Notes: a model not told the origin generated them from the letters alone. A stretch of DNA of 64,000 bases from Bugula neritina (GCA_964035545.1 OZ037771.1:15035089-15099088), one strand, 5' to 3'; shown: positions 43,868 through 58,622, counted from the first letter of the stretch. Numbers and translations are program-made.

Positions 43868-44885
43868 TGATTGATTGATTTATTGCATATCACAAACATG
43901 ACAATGCGTTGCAAAATTCAGTGTAAATACTAGCTATATAACATAAGTAGAAATGAACAAATATGAGAAAAAAAGTCAAAACTCTGTTGGGATTATTTAA
44001 AATAGAAGCTCATTTAAAGTATTTACAAGATGTCACAAGAAGCTATTTCTACCCCATGCCCCTCTATATTTGATGGTTCGATATTTTCCAGAAGGGCATT
44101 GACTCAATAAGTTATTGATGAAATGGTCATTGTCTACTATATATTTGATGGCAAGTACTTTAGCGAGTTTCTGAATGTGCAAATCAATGTTTAGATACTC
44201 AATCCCAAGTTTTGAGCAATCTTTGAAAATCTTTCGAATAGCCTTTTTATTACTGGCATTATAGGTACAAATAAAAATAATAGGTAGACAATAGGCAATG
44301 CAGGACATGATGAAACTTTTCAAGAACATATTTCTTAGAAATTTAGAGCTAAGATACGCACAAGATTCTTCACAATATACATTTTCTTGATACTATTGTA
44401 ACTACTGATTGTACATGTTCATGAAATCTGAAATTCTGATTCACCAACACACCAAGGTATATCACTTTATCAGACAGTACAATGTTAGTTCCATTCAATA
44501 CAAGTTTAGGGGTATGATGTCTAGCACGTTGGGTTAAAAACATCATTACTTGGGTCTTGCTAGGGTTTAATAATGGATTTAAATCATCACATTGCTTAGA
44601 AAATTTTTAATCAAAGTAAATATTTAGATTAGACTGTTTGCCAATGCAGCCAATAATGCAAGGGTCATCTGCATATTTAATTACAGTTATGTTGCTCTGG
44701 CTTAAGGTAATCTTATTAGTGTAGATAGAAAACAATAGTGGAGATAAACAGCACCTTTAGGGAGTTCCTGCTTTAGTTATGATTGGATTTGATGTTATGC
44801 CATCCAATATTGTAAGCTGTACTATGTTTGTACGAAAGCTGTAAATCCACTCAGTAACATTAGAGTCAAGATGAGCTAGTTAGTT
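43868..44885 (-). mobile_element. 5'-truncated, decayed Rex1/Babar-like LINE in the putative 5'-UTR intron of CYP E
   Basis: Minus strand: EWIYSF...AGTP*RCCLSPLLFSIYTN...IKYADD (RT motifs), YLGVLVNQN, C-terminal PSGKYRTIKYR...RNSF, then AATAAA and a (CAAT)n tail. Confidence 0.8.
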
Positions 44886-44977
44886 ATAGCACTATGGCAC
44901 TATGCTATTAGCTAGCATCACTACTGCTCACAGGTTACTGATAGCTATCTACTTAGTCTTATGATGTGTGAACTTAC

Positions 44978-45190
44978 CTGTAAAAGCCTTGTAAAGTAGA
45001 GAATTGAATACAAGTAACTCTACTTTTAACTGCTGTAGCTGAGGTTATACATTGATACGGTCCATTGAGCTCTATTTATATTTGCACAATTAGATAAGTG
45101 TGCAAATATAAAGCTTTTCAAACTATATATGGTAAACTCTTCACGTGTGACATGATGCATATTATTGGTTGAGCATTCTTAGAATATTTG
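44978..45190 (-). promoter_or_regulatory. Putative core promoter and non-coding first exon of CYP E
   Basis: Duplicate of 31612-31840: donor CAG|GTAAGT at 44977, TATAAATA at ~45073-45080, the same palindrome, CCAAT and TTCTTAGAA. Confidence 0.6.
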
Positions 45191-45839
45191 TGACAGTGAT
45201 TGTAGCCACGCTGGAGATAGTTTCATCATCATTACTAACTGATCCTGATTTCGCAATAATCATAAAAGTGTATATTAGATTATTATTAATGATGACAGCG
45301 TAAACTGCAAGATTGAACTCATAACCCATAATAAAGAAATAAAACATCTCCTGAAGTTGTCTAACAGTATTATGTGTGTTGCTGGTAAAAGTTGAAGCAG
45401 CCACTTGATTTTAGTAAACATAAATTCTCTTGTCAGCATCTGTTTTGTATATTGGCATATCATCAACTATTTTCTGGAACAGCTATATAGGTTTACTAAC
45501 TTCTTCACCCAGCATTGTTATATAGCATGTGATTAAGTTATTTAATACTATTAGTTGCTTAAACTCTGCGTGTATGTAGAGTAAAGGCAAATCAACTTGA
45601 AGGCAGCTAGTTGAAAAAATACATAATACCCATAATGCTTTACACAAGGAACATCGTAGTATCATTAGTAATTTTATAATCTTATACATCATTATTTGAC
45701 AGCTTTAGTTAATTGATAATGTAAATAAATTACCTCTATATATTGTAATACAATATGTAAATACATGAGCTAGCATAACTAAATCTGCATTGAATATCGA
45801 AATTGGTGTACAACAGTCATTAAAGTAATAATCATTATT

Positions 45840-46105
45840 ATTTAGTTGCAATTCACATTATGCATACATATCAAAGGTATATAACATAAATATAGTTGCT
45901 CGAGTTTTTCTTTTAAACCTCTTTGCCATGTGATATGATATTATTTTTGATTATCTTTGAACTATTATGCCATGAACAATTATTCTAGCAAACATAAAGC
46001 TTTTGATGCTTCATACTTTGCACCAGATTGTGTACACTGGAGTAGCAAAGTTTGTAGGGTGATGAGTGTAGGGAGCCTTTGAAACAAAATGGTAAGTGGG
46101 ATTAA
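45840..46105 (+). pseudogene. Inverted, degenerate copy of the phospholipase B-like catalytic exon plus upstream intron
   Basis: Reads HKAFDASYFAPDCVHWSSKVCRVMSVGSL*NKM|GTAAGT. Homologous to the reverse complement of 59870-60082 and 60326-60366. Confidence 0.8.
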
Positions 46106-47784
46106 AATTAAACTCAACTAATGAAAGCTGAATTAATGAAACACTTTACTATATACTATATATAGTCTCCAACTATACTCAACTATTGTTTAACGTCTCT
46201 ACATGTATATATTAAATAACCCCAATTTCTTAAAGATATAAAAAATTCAAGTGATCATAAATGCAGATCCGATGTTTTTTGCAAAACTCTAAAACTGCTC
46301 AAATTTAAAGTTGGACTATATTATTTTTAAGTGTTATTTTAATACTGCCTGTCAAAATATAGTTGCTCAAAATTGGTATGACAACTCCTAAGGGCATGAA
46401 CTGAAGTGAATGTTTATGATTTGATCATGCAGCATCATGATAAACTTTGTCATCATATCTGATTTTTATTTACTATTTGCAGCTAGCCATTAATTGTCGG
46501 AAACAAACAGGAATGTGTGCATATTTATGACCAAGCCAATAGTGTCTACATGTAAGCCAAACATTTTATTGTCATTAATAGTTTTATCTTTTGACACAAT
46601 ATACTATTACTTAGAAAGTTTCTAAAAAAAGTAAATTGCATCTGAAAAGCTAGTCAATAGCTAATTGCAAACTTCTTTACATGATGCAGCTCAAGCATAA
46701 TGTTCATTTTCTCTATCATGTTACAATGTCCTTTGAGTTGTCTTCTCTTGCTATGCTAAGCTCAGCTGTGACATCTGCAGAAAACCAGGGATTTTCCAGA
46801 GAAAAAAATGGACCCTCATGATATATTCAGAATTCGGAGCAAAGCATAGATAAATAGTATTTTCAGAAAATATGATAGCATTGTGAAGTAACAACTTGTG
46901 TGATCTAAGCTGGGATAACCTTTCTACCGGATACATGCACACAGCATATAGCTTATGCAGTCCTAGTATAGTGTCTCCATCCATCTATAAGTCTAACTGC
47001 ATCATGTTGGTTAATAATACCTGTGTAATCATAAAGCATTGCAATAATTAAGATTCTGTACCTCTTGCTAACAACAGTAAGTAAAACCTGGTAATATCAA
47101 TTTACAACTATAATTGAAACACATATAATATTATGTTTACAGGTATTTCCTATCTATGTTATTAGGTTATTAAAATGTTGTTTATTGTTGATTTTGTTTT
47201 TTAGATGTTATATTTTGCCAGTGGGTTAAGTTGGCAAAAATGAAGCTGATGCTATAAGGTAAGCAAAATCATAAGATGTCGATCTGCGGAAGAGCTAGGT
47301 AACTAAATAATCCTTTTACAACATGGAAGCCTGGATCATCTTGTTTATTAAAAACTATTAAGCAATATAATCATTTGAAGGAACTTTATGCAAATGATTT
47401 TTAAACAGGATTTATTTATCACAGCTGTGGCAATCTGTCTTTAAAACTACTGTTGAAGTTGTTTGACTATATACAGCTAGTAAGAATTTTGTAAATATAT
47501 AATTAACGCAATCAATGCATCTTTGCTGAATTTCGGCTAACCTGTTTAGTGTTTTGCAACAATATAAAATCAAAGCTCTAAGTCTAAAACTGTTTACTAC
47601 TTTTTGTTTTTGGTGCAGGATCTTTTGTTGAACTTGTTTTTAAAAAAAAAATTTGAGACAATTATGTTTCAGCTAATTTACTGAAATAAAAAATGATTGT
47701 TAGCCAACTTCCATAAAATTAAATTGATGGATATCTAGAAAGCTGCATGCTTTTATGTGCTTGATTGACGGTCATTACTGTATA

Positions 47785-48350
47785 AGTATTGCATACTTTT
47801 GCATTTGTATTGCATGCATTCGTATATGTATTACATGCATTTGTGTATAATGTATTACATGCATTTGCATGTCTGTATTGTATGCATTTGTATGAGTATT
47901 GCATGCATTTGTATAAGTATTGCATGCATTTGTATATGTATTGCATGCATTTGTATATGTATTGCATGTATTTGTATATGTATTGCATGCATTTTTATAT
48001 GTATTGCATGCATTCGTATGTGTATTGCATGTATTTGTAAATGTATTGCATGCATTCGTATATGTATTGCATGTATATGTATATGTATTGCAAACAATTG
48101 TATGTGTATTGCATGCGTTTGTATAATATGTATTGCATACTTTTGCATAAGTATTGCATGCATTTGTATATGTATTACATGTATTTGTATATGTATTGCA
48201 TGGACGCATTTTCATTTGCATGTTTATGTGTGTGTGTGTTTGTGTGTGTATGTATGTGTGAATGTATGTATGTATATATGTATGTGCATGTGTATAATAT
48301 TTTTGCTTGTGTGTGTGCATATGTGTGTGCGTGCATGTGTGCGTGTGTGC
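47785..48350. repeat. 21-bp minisatellite (ATGTATTGCATGCATTTGTAT)n followed by a (GT)n-rich tract
   Basis: Read directly; explains ORFs 47719-48377. Confidence 0.93.
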
Positions 48351-48650
48351 GTTACTGTTTTGTAGATTGATTGACAAATCTTTTTGAAAACCATATGTTA
48401 ACTCTGAAACTATCCTTTGATAATCTTTTGCATATTCTGAACTTCAGCACAAATTTATTTAAAGTCATAAAATAACATGACATCATGCTGCATATACAAA
48501 TGTACAAAACAAGTTTATCCATGAATGGGAATGAGGGCAGGGGAGCAATAGAAAGGGTATTAACATTGACAGCATCAAAGACAGCCAGTATACGGAAGCA
48601 TCGCATGTCAAAAGACTGGACGACCTTCTCTTGAGCTTATCAGCTCATTA

Positions 48651-50272
48651 CTAAAGCACGGTTGAAGCATGAAGTAATTTCTCCTGGTAGCTTTTTAGTC
48701 TCTCAACATGAGGAATTTCTGCAATAGCCAGGGAAATACACGAAGAGTTACTTAGCCCAGTTTCAGTGAGCAAATATCCGTGAGATCCTTTGCCAAAAGG
48801 TTTAAACCTCCGGTCTGAGATATTCTTAGCTGGGAGAATGTCCTGAACACAATCTGCCATCCATCTGTTTTGTAATTGATTTAGCTTAATAATTTCTCTA
48901 TCTATATATTCTTTTTTCAAAGCTATTACTTTTTCTAATTTAATTTTAAAGTGTTTATACAATGCAAGGTCAGCTTTTAGAAACTTGTAAATTGAGGCTC
49001 GAGATTGTTCATTGTCTTCAAGAAGTATGGTGGAATTAGTAGATTTTTTCCTTTTTTTGCCATTGAAGTTTGATTTGAAATACAGAATATCTAGAGTTGT
49101 CCAGCCTAACATGTCTCTCAGCAATATTAAGCATTCATTAAAATATTCTACTATAATAACAAAATGAAACTGTTCATCTATATGTTGAATCAAGTTGGCT
49201 ATGGCGGTATCGTCATCAGCACTAACTATACTTAAACCAAGGTCAAAAGCTTGAGGACATTTAATAGTTAGACTTCTACACATTATGCTTCCAGATCTGA
49301 TTAAATCTAAAAAATTGGCATTCTTTTTCCTGGCCAAACAAGTTTGCATGTTGTAATACTCAAACATCGATAGCACTTGAGTGAACGGATCACGAAGAGA
49401 GGTAAAATAAAAGCTGTCTTGAGGCATCGTCTTAATTAAGTCAGTTGATAGTACAGTGTGCAGGCACAGCACATCCGGTGTTTTAGGATGCTCTTTAAGA
49501 TGTTTAGTTCTGCTAAACTTTGCTGGCCATCCAATCTGGTTGGTGTTTTTTCGTTTCGGAAGAGCAAAGGTTAAATTCAGTTTCATGCCGACTCTCATCA
49601 AGATGTTTTGTATTGTAGAGCTAGCTGCTTTGTGTACTTTTATATACACAATGTGACTACTGTTGTAGGGTCTACGAGTCAGCTCACTTTGGTTTGGTAC
49701 GCGAGAAACATTTTTTACGGATTTACTTCTTTTAAAATTTCTTAAAGTCACGAGTTGAAATCTAGGAATCCAACCTTAAAAAAGAAAGGAATAGGCTGTA
49801 CAGAAATACATGAGAGTTTTCGCATATATGTCAAAAGATTCCCATACAATATACATGTTTACACACACAGACACAATTGTCTCAATAGTCTTAGATGATT
49901 TGACAGACGTTACGCTGTTGCAGGGTCTACACTTGCATCTCTACTTTACGGGAAAAAATTTTAGCCCTCACAATAACATCATTGTAATTCTTTAAAGTTG
50001 TGCTACAGGTATCAAAGCCTCATTCAATACATGCTCAAAATTTAATATAATATTTACTAATCATAAATTTTACTTCTAAACAAATTTTAGGACTAATTTA
50101 CTATAGTGAGAATGTACAGCGAGGTACCACCTGTGCCATGTGATTTACAACATGCAATATACTAACCGGCTTCTAGCCGCATTTCCTTTCTGCTGTTGAA
50201 GATGGCAATAGAGACTACGGCAAGTACTATCACAAATGGAATAATAATCTTTTGAGGTTTTTCACACTTCAT
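48651..50272 (-). CDS. Galactose-3-O-sulfotransferase (GAL3ST/cerebroside sulfotransferase)-like Golgi type II membrane protein, ~409 aa; coding exons 50167-50272 and 48651-49774
   Basis: Exon 1 MKCEKPQKIIIPFVIVLAVVSIAIFNSRKEMRLEA (TM anchor) joins exon 2 via a phase-1 intron. Exon 2 has IVYIKVHKAASSTIQNILMR (5'-PSB), LTFALP, YFTSLRDPFTQVLSMFEY (3'-PB), PQAFDLG, FHFVIIVEYFNECLILL and ADLALYKHF. Confidence 0.92.
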
Positions 50273-51198
50273 TCTGCAAGTAACGAAACCTTACACTTCA
50301 TTATAAAAACTGCTGCCACTACAAACAAACTATATGATCACCTAATACAGTCACATTGTTTGTTCAACCAGTTCATTATGGAGATAAATGATTTTACAAA
50401 TAATGTTATATTTTGTTTATATAAGAACCTTATTACAAAACTTGAAAAAACGATGGAGTATCAATTAAAACACCTTCTTAATTGGTTTGCACGGTTTTTG
50501 GAGTAAGACAATATTTTCTTGATGAAGATCTCTTTGTAAAAACAAATATTTTTTGTTTATAAAAAAATATTGTTTAAAAAGTTACATAGGTAATGGAATA
50601 TCGTGTATAATGATAAGCATACAAATGTGTTGTACTCACTTTAACTATCAGTTGAAAGACTTTGAGAGACTGCCACTTATTGCTGTGCACTAAAAATACT
50701 CCAAATCGAATTGATCATAATGTTGTCTCATTTTCTTTTTACAATCTTCTGTAAAAGTTGTTGGTACCAGCATACTGTTAGCTGTAACACACATACAAAC
50801 TGTATGCAGCAGATCAAGGCGACCATATTATAATGATGTTGAACAGTACTGTAAGTATCTGCTTTTCATTGGCAATAACAGTCTCTACAGGGTGTAAGAC
50901 TGTAAGTGTTTGATTTGATGTAACTTTATTACCAAACATTTGTTTATTCTTTGTTAACTTGTAAAAACTGTAAAAACAAAAAACAATAAATATATACAAC
51001 AGAACCAGCTTTCAAGAGACTACAACAAACATATAAAAAATTAAATATTGCAAAACTTCAAAATAATTGTTATAATATAAAAAAGATAGTATTCATATTA
51101 ATAGCAAAATACACACAGCAATCAATGTTCACATACCGATCTGTTCTCACACTATGAGATTCAGATAACTATATTCTTATTTAATTGGATTATATATT

Positions 51199-51362
<164 letters not shown>

Positions 51363-53583
51363 TCTTTTAAAAATCAGTGTACGTGAAATACATGCATGCT
51401 TGTTGTTGACTGTAACTGCTACTATATAGTACTACTACTACTAGTCAGGCTGAATAAATGACAGGAAAAACAGGCCGGCCTTATCGTGATCATTACATTG
51501 ATTAGATTTAGTTTTGCTTTCTATTTTATACTACAAGTGTTGCACACAGGATGGAAAAAAAACAGATAAAACAGGTAATAGTATTTATGCAGAGTTTTAA
51601 TATATAAATTATATTATTGACAAGATTTATAAGTAAAATCCTTTACTTTATATACTGTATCCCAACACTGTGACTGTTTATTACGCAGAAGGTGGTATAT
51701 TTGTATAATCAGCCTTATATCAATATAACTGAAATATAATATCTTGCAGTATATCATCTAATGTACATTATTGGGCATGCCCAGGTTGTTAGACTCCACC
51801 CCTAATTGTATATGCAAGTAAAACTAATGCTAATAAATTCCACTCGGCAAACTGAATAAACTGTTTAATTTGTTAACCAACACCCAAGTTTAAACAGTGT
51901 AGGCATAGATGCAGTAACTGAGACATTGCAAACCACAAATAATACAGAGTTACTGTACAAGAAACTCACCTATACTAAATATATTATATAGCAATCAATA
52001 AACTCAATTTGTTTGCCAATGTATAGGATTTGGCAGAGAGGTTTCAAAACACAATTTTGAAGTGTTAGACTTAAGTTGCAAGCATAATATACCCAATTTT
52101 AATAAAAGTGCAGGTAAATTGACCCAGAGCTATCTGTTAATAACATTATTTTAAAGTTTTATTTTATATAATGCATCATGTTGTCTTTTATTTCAGCTGC
52201 AATGTAAGCATGGTGCTAGAGCTGTAATATATTTCTAGTTAAGGCTACTCCCTGATTGTTATACTACAGCGTCGATAGCCAAATTTTAGTGCAAAAAGTC
52301 ACAACATTATGGCAGTCATCTCAAGTCAATTTAAAAACATTTTTAACTAACATGTAATGCTGAAAAGGTGCTGCATATTGCATAAATGTTTACTGTTATT
52401 GTTGTTTTCTCTAAAGCAAGCTTGTAATGTTTACTAATTTTAACAATTAATCCTAAAGGCTGTTGGTAATAACAAACATTAAAGTGCAATTAACATTCTA
52501 GTAGTTTGACACAATTATTGCTATCTCTATATCTATCAATTAAATTCTCATCCATAATCCAGCAATGATACCAAATGGCTTCTAAGCATAAGTTAATGTC
52601 CTTTAGTTTCTACGAGAGAAGTGCATTTAGAGCTTTCAGCAAACTGACTCTCTATATATATATATGAAATACTAATCTATTTTGAAAACTCAATTGCACT
52701 TTTCAAACTTCAAACTATATATTAATTAGGTGTACAATTTTTTGCTTTAGGCTTTGTCTATCCTAGTATTGGTATCTTACAGCTAGTGTTATGTATGATA
52801 TAGTAACTAGTTGTAGAGAGCAATGTGTAGCTATAATCAGTCACAAGGTATTTTATCCTTTAATTCTATTGCAAAAGTTGGTTGTATAGAAGAATCCTTG
52901 CGTCAACTGCCCATGAAACAAGTGTAATACCTTTGCACACATACAGCTGCAAATTAGCTATCTGCTTAGTTTACTAATGCTCATTGAATCCCCAGTATAT
53001 ACAGCTCTTCGACAAAACAGATAGCAACTACAGTACTTACTCCCATAACTTATAAACATATACTTACAGTAAGTGCACTGCATCTTTTATAGTAAGTAAT
53101 AACATTATTTTACTTACATGTTTTCTATCATGTAGATATATCAGCTCAGTTCTACTACCTACAGGTTAAACTTGTGAGTAACAATAGAGTGCGTAGCAGC
53201 TGTCCCTCCCTCTTTAATGGTAGCTTATTTAAGAAACACCTTCTGTCAATAATCTTGGGCTTGCCTGCACAAATATTTAATATGCTAATGAGCATTGCAT
53301 TCGTCTTGTTAGTTTATAGTAAAGCCATGAAAAGTAGTACTTGATTTGTTTCAATATGATAACATCATGCACTTCTGCTGTGTTCTGGTTTTTGAAGCCC
53401 TGTCCTGACCTGTAAGGGAAAACTATATCTGACATTTGTGTATGACTGTAATTGAAAGCCCTTAAGCTATGCAATGCATGCTTATTTTATAACTGTGAAT
53501 CTAGTTTGATCTATTATACTATTGATTCTGCTGCTGCTGCTACTGCTGCTGCTGCTACTGCTGCTGCCGCGGCTGCTTCCCTC

Positions 53584-54024
53584 AGCGTAGGGCCACACGA
53601 CGCATTTTACACGCGCGTGACGTGACATGACACGCGACACACAATGCGTGAGTTGCGAGGGGGGGGGGAATTTATTAGCTAATGATGTTTGAGTTTAACT
53701 TTACTGCTTGCCTACCCACCATTTTTTTTAAATGATGTCATCGACAAAGTGACTTTTTATATATTCTCAAAGCGGAAATGCAAACTATATAAAACTGTTT
53801 TAATTTAGTTCGCTAAAAGCTAAAACGTAAATTAAAATAAAAATGTGTGCTCCCTAAATGATAATAAGCCAATTAGATCAAACACGCATGAGCTTGTCGC
53901 ACTTCTCGCTCAGCATGTTAGATGCATTAAAATTCCTCACACAACGTCCCATTTTTGGGCTAAACAGGTTTTCTCACTCGTCACGCGCGTGTAAATCGCC
54001 GTCGTGCATGTGACCCTATACGCT
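53584..54024. mobile_element. MITE with ends related to the element at 5119-5452
   Basis: TIR AGCGTAGGGCCACACGACG..TTTACACGCGCGTGACG versus CGTCACGCGCGTGTAAA..CGTCGTG..TGACCCTA.ACGCT. Shares AGC.TAGGGCCACAC with the 5119 element. Confidence 0.72.
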
Positions 54025-55446
54025 TACTCACTACTACTATAACTACAAATATAAATTACTACACCACTATATTATTATTACTAATCAACTTGGTCATTAT
54101 GAGGCATTCATTACAAGTGCACGCATAGAAGATCTCTCTTGATAACTGAGCCCACTCAAAGCAGACGATTGAGAGCAAAACACTTGGAAATCAGCCTGTT
54201 GTGTCCTCTCCACCGTACCCATATATATGTAACATGTAAAATGATATGTAAAATGCATTAGATATGCTATAATATATAGCATCTTAGACAATATTAAATG
54301 ATGTATATCATGATATTTTAAGATGAAGACACAGTTGCTCTAAAAATGTTTTGAAAAACAAATATATAATCCTGCATTTACTAAAGTTTAATGTTTTATC
54401 AATATTTCATTGTCTCCATGTTGACAGCTATTATTTCAAGTGAACGGTATTACACTAGCATAATATAGCATAGCACTTGCTAGTTATAGTTTCAATTTGA
54501 ATAAAATATTATATGCATGACAAGAGCAAAACAACTGCTAGGTAATTTTATTGTGAGTTTGTTATAGACCATTTTTTGGAGTTGCTTTTCCTTACCTGGA
54601 GTAAGCACTGTTTTAGAAATAAGTAATAATATTTCATCATTCAATATATTAGTCAATAGCAATGTTTTATGTATCAGCATACTGCGATACACAACATATT
54701 ATGTACAGTGTATATCACATGCCAATGCAGCGGTGATGTAATCAAACATCCAACGAATTGGGAGTTGTCCTAACTTGATTTAGCTTTCAATTTATATGTG
54801 AACAGTGCAGTTACCGTTTGTTTCAGCAAAGCTCAGTTGTGTTAAAATAATCTTGAATATTTAATTGTCGTTTATAATGTTAATGTAACCAAAATAAGTC
54901 AACATATGGTATATATATAACACTACTGTTGCATTTGTGTATTTATGAGTAAAGTTTATTGAAAGTAGTAAAGTATCATCTTTTACGACCCAATAATATG
55001 AAGAATTCCATCTGATAGGTCAGAGGTGCTTCCAGATCCGTTGTACCATAAGCTGTCATCAACCTTTATATATATATCAAGTCAAAACAAAATTATCTTT
55101 ATAATTTATTGTTTTTAAATTATTTTTAATTTACTCTAGCTAACTCTTTTTTGTTAAATAAATGAAATAGTTATATTTTTAAAATATCGCTTCCACAGCA
55201 ACAAAAGTTATATAGTCGTTGAGAGTTATATTTTACTTTTTCCTGACATTTATTAAAGTTAACTAAATGAAACATATAATTTGTTAAAATGAAATAAACA
55301 TTAATAGTAAATTATTTCTACAGTTGTAGATTAGATTGTTCAAAAAAAGGAAATGTCATTTAAGAGTAAGTAGTTGAAGTTACCTTTGTTGGCAATTTTC
55401 CCACCATCTAAAAACCTCTTCACAGCTGTATACGTATTTCCTTATA

Positions 55447-56531
55447 AAAGTTGCTGACAACTCTTTCTGCTGTACATAACTGATTTAGCTACCCATTGTC
55501 CTTTATTTGATACTATTCTGTTTGCCGACGACACAAATCTTTTTTGGAAGAGCAAAGATCTAAATGCTGATATTGGAAATATAAACTCCTCACTAAATAA
55601 AGTTAATAACTGGTGCATTGCAAACAAACTAACTCTAAACTTAACGAAAACAAACTATATCATTGTTAAAAACTACCAAAAGAATTTTGTACTCAACAGT
55701 ACCATCCATATTGACAATATACCTCTCTCACCTAGCTCAGAAATAAAATTTTTAGGTGTAGTCATTGACATTAACTTAAACTGGTGTGCTCATATAAATT
55801 CTTTAAGGACTCAGCTCAACAAAGTAACTGGTATGATATACTTAGCTTCAAAGTTTTTACCATACAAAGCTTTGATTTTATTATATAACAGTCTGATAAA
55901 CAGCAAACTTACATATTGCTTAGAAGCCTGGGGAAATGCCCCTAAAACCCATTTGAACAAGTTGCTTTTAATTCAAAAACGTATTATTCGCATTATTTTC
56001 CACAAATCACCTACTGAACACACGTCACCTCTATTTATCAAAGCAGAAATTCTTCCTATTGATCTCTTGTATATCTACCGCCTATGTCTTCTTGGTCATT
56101 CAGCTTATTATACTCCATCTCACACCAAACAACCACCAACTTACCTCACCAGACATTCTGAACATTCCTTACCCTTACCTCTCTCTACCTCCGCAGCAGG
56201 TCATCGACAAGTGTCCTACCAGATGTCTAGCAATTGGAATAAGCTACCTCTGACTTTAAGACATCATCAAAGCTTTGCCACATTTAAAATATTGTTGAAA
56301 AAGCACCTACTAAAATCTTTAACTTAATCTGAATAAATAGTTCCCGCTATTTTTTCAACTGCCACTGGGCCCCGCTCCTTGAATAGCTATGCTACTGAGC
56401 ACATGGGCCCCCATCTTGACTTCTATTGATATTATATATAATATATATAATATATGTTACTGTTTTGTATTTTTTTGTCCTTTTGTTTTTTTTTTGATGG
56501 AAATAAAGAAACAAACAAACAACAAACAAAC
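55447..56531 (+). mobile_element. 5'-truncated, young CR1/L2-group LINE (RT C-terminal half intact)
   Basis: Uninterrupted frame 55461-56327: LFLLYITDL...LFADDTNL...NWCIANKLTLNLTKT...KFLGVVIDINLNW..HI...LYNSLINSKLTYCLEAWG...IQKRIIRII...WNKLP. 3' UTR with AATAAA and an (AAAC)n tail. Candidate TSD CTTATA (55441 / 56531). Confidence 0.9.
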
Positions 56532-57639
56532 TTATATCTAAGAAAGCCACCTATTGTGCTGTGAACATCCATAAGTATATTGTCAATTCTGTCAAAGCAA
56601 TAGTATTGTATGTGTTCATGTTAAACAAAAATCTAATTGCTAAAATGTATATGCAGCAAAATGAAAAGCTATATAATAACTTTTGATTGCATGTGTTATT
56701 GAGACTGAACATTTGAGAGAAGTAAAATCATTTTATTTACATTTGCAAACAGTTTATTACTCAAATTTATAAAACAAGTAAAATAAATTATTATTGACAA
56801 CTGACATAGCCCACAGGGCATTAACGACAAGGAATTAAGGTAGTTTGTGTAAAACAGAGGATGTCCACCATTTAAACATATTTAATTTCATGCTACTTTA
56901 ACTTCAACAGCTTTGTTTAATTACATCAGCAAAAACATCTGCTAACATTATTTTTATTACGAAAAGTATCAAGTTTTCCATTAGTAAACGGAATGAAAAA
57001 ACCGTTCAACACATAACTTTGGCTAAAGTTGAATATTGCTACCATAGTTACCATAGCAGGTTTACAAACAAATATATAACTATAGTAACAAATAGAAGTA
57101 TACCTTTTCCTGTCCGAGTAATAACCAGGTACTTGTAGACTCTGATCTGTGTATCCCCTGACAGTCATCTGACTGTACTCTGATGTCTCTGGGTTTTCGC
57201 TAGAATTTACTTTCTCAGATATCTGAAGACAGAACTAGGCAACAAGTAAATATTATAAACATTGATTTTAAGAAACTTTAAAATATATTATTTACAGCAA
57301 TTATGGACTTATGAAACTTATAAAATAATATCTTCAATGCGTTGAAAAATATTATCAAAACATTGAAATCTTTACTACAATATTGATCTCAGAAAGTTGT
57401 CAATGTCAAAAAATGGTAACTCTAAATTACATCAACACTTTCAAAATTTTCTATAGTGGTTAAAGCGTCATGTAGCACATGCGTACACAAATCACAATGA
57501 CCAGCTCTCTTTATTGATAAAGTGGAATAATTTTGTGTATTGTAATAATTGTAAGTAGCCTATATATCTCTTTTAACTATTACATCCCTGACTAAACTAG
57601 AATCAACTATAATTTTTGTCAATTGCTTTCGATCAAGCA

Positions 57640-58115
<476 letters not shown>

Positions 58116-58622
58116 GTAAACAAAACTCTTTAAATTGAATGAACCTGTAATGTGTTATTTATACTAATAAATTATATATGGTCTCTGATTGTGTGTTTTT
58201 TCATTATAACTTCCAATACATTATGTAATTAATACAAGTGCTAGTATATATGGCAGCATGTATCATTGTATTGCTATAGTCTTTTTCTCTTTACATAATA
58301 TAAACATACCAAGTTTTGCATGATTAAAAGGACTTTGAAGTTTTAATTTAGCTGGTAGAGAAGCTTTATTTATAAGTTGACATAAAGAGTTCTGAATTCT
58401 TTTCATTATTTAAGCAGCAGCAAAATATAAATTTTACTAAATATTAGTTATAATTGAAGTGACAAATTTGATTTCAATTTCATAAAAGTTCTATATTATA
58501 ATTATAATGAATACTCACATAATAACTATAACAGTAAACAGTTATGTTCTAATTATAACAAATTCTCAAACCACCACAGTTTTAGAAAGCTTATATTTCT
58601 AATTTTTTCTAGACAATCAGAA

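Noticed and set aside
46700-47030. Possible coding segment (ORF 46751-46984)
   Set aside because: No recognisable motif or consistent splice context; left unassigned.
47719-48377. Cys-rich (NACNTYT)n antifreeze-like ORF
   Set aside because: A 21-bp satellite plus dinucleotide tract, open in several frames on both strands, with no signal peptide or splice context.
49749-49751. GTG start for the sulfotransferase as given in the ORF track
   Set aside because: The frame continues to an acceptor at 49775 and joins an upstream ATG/TM exon (50167-50272).
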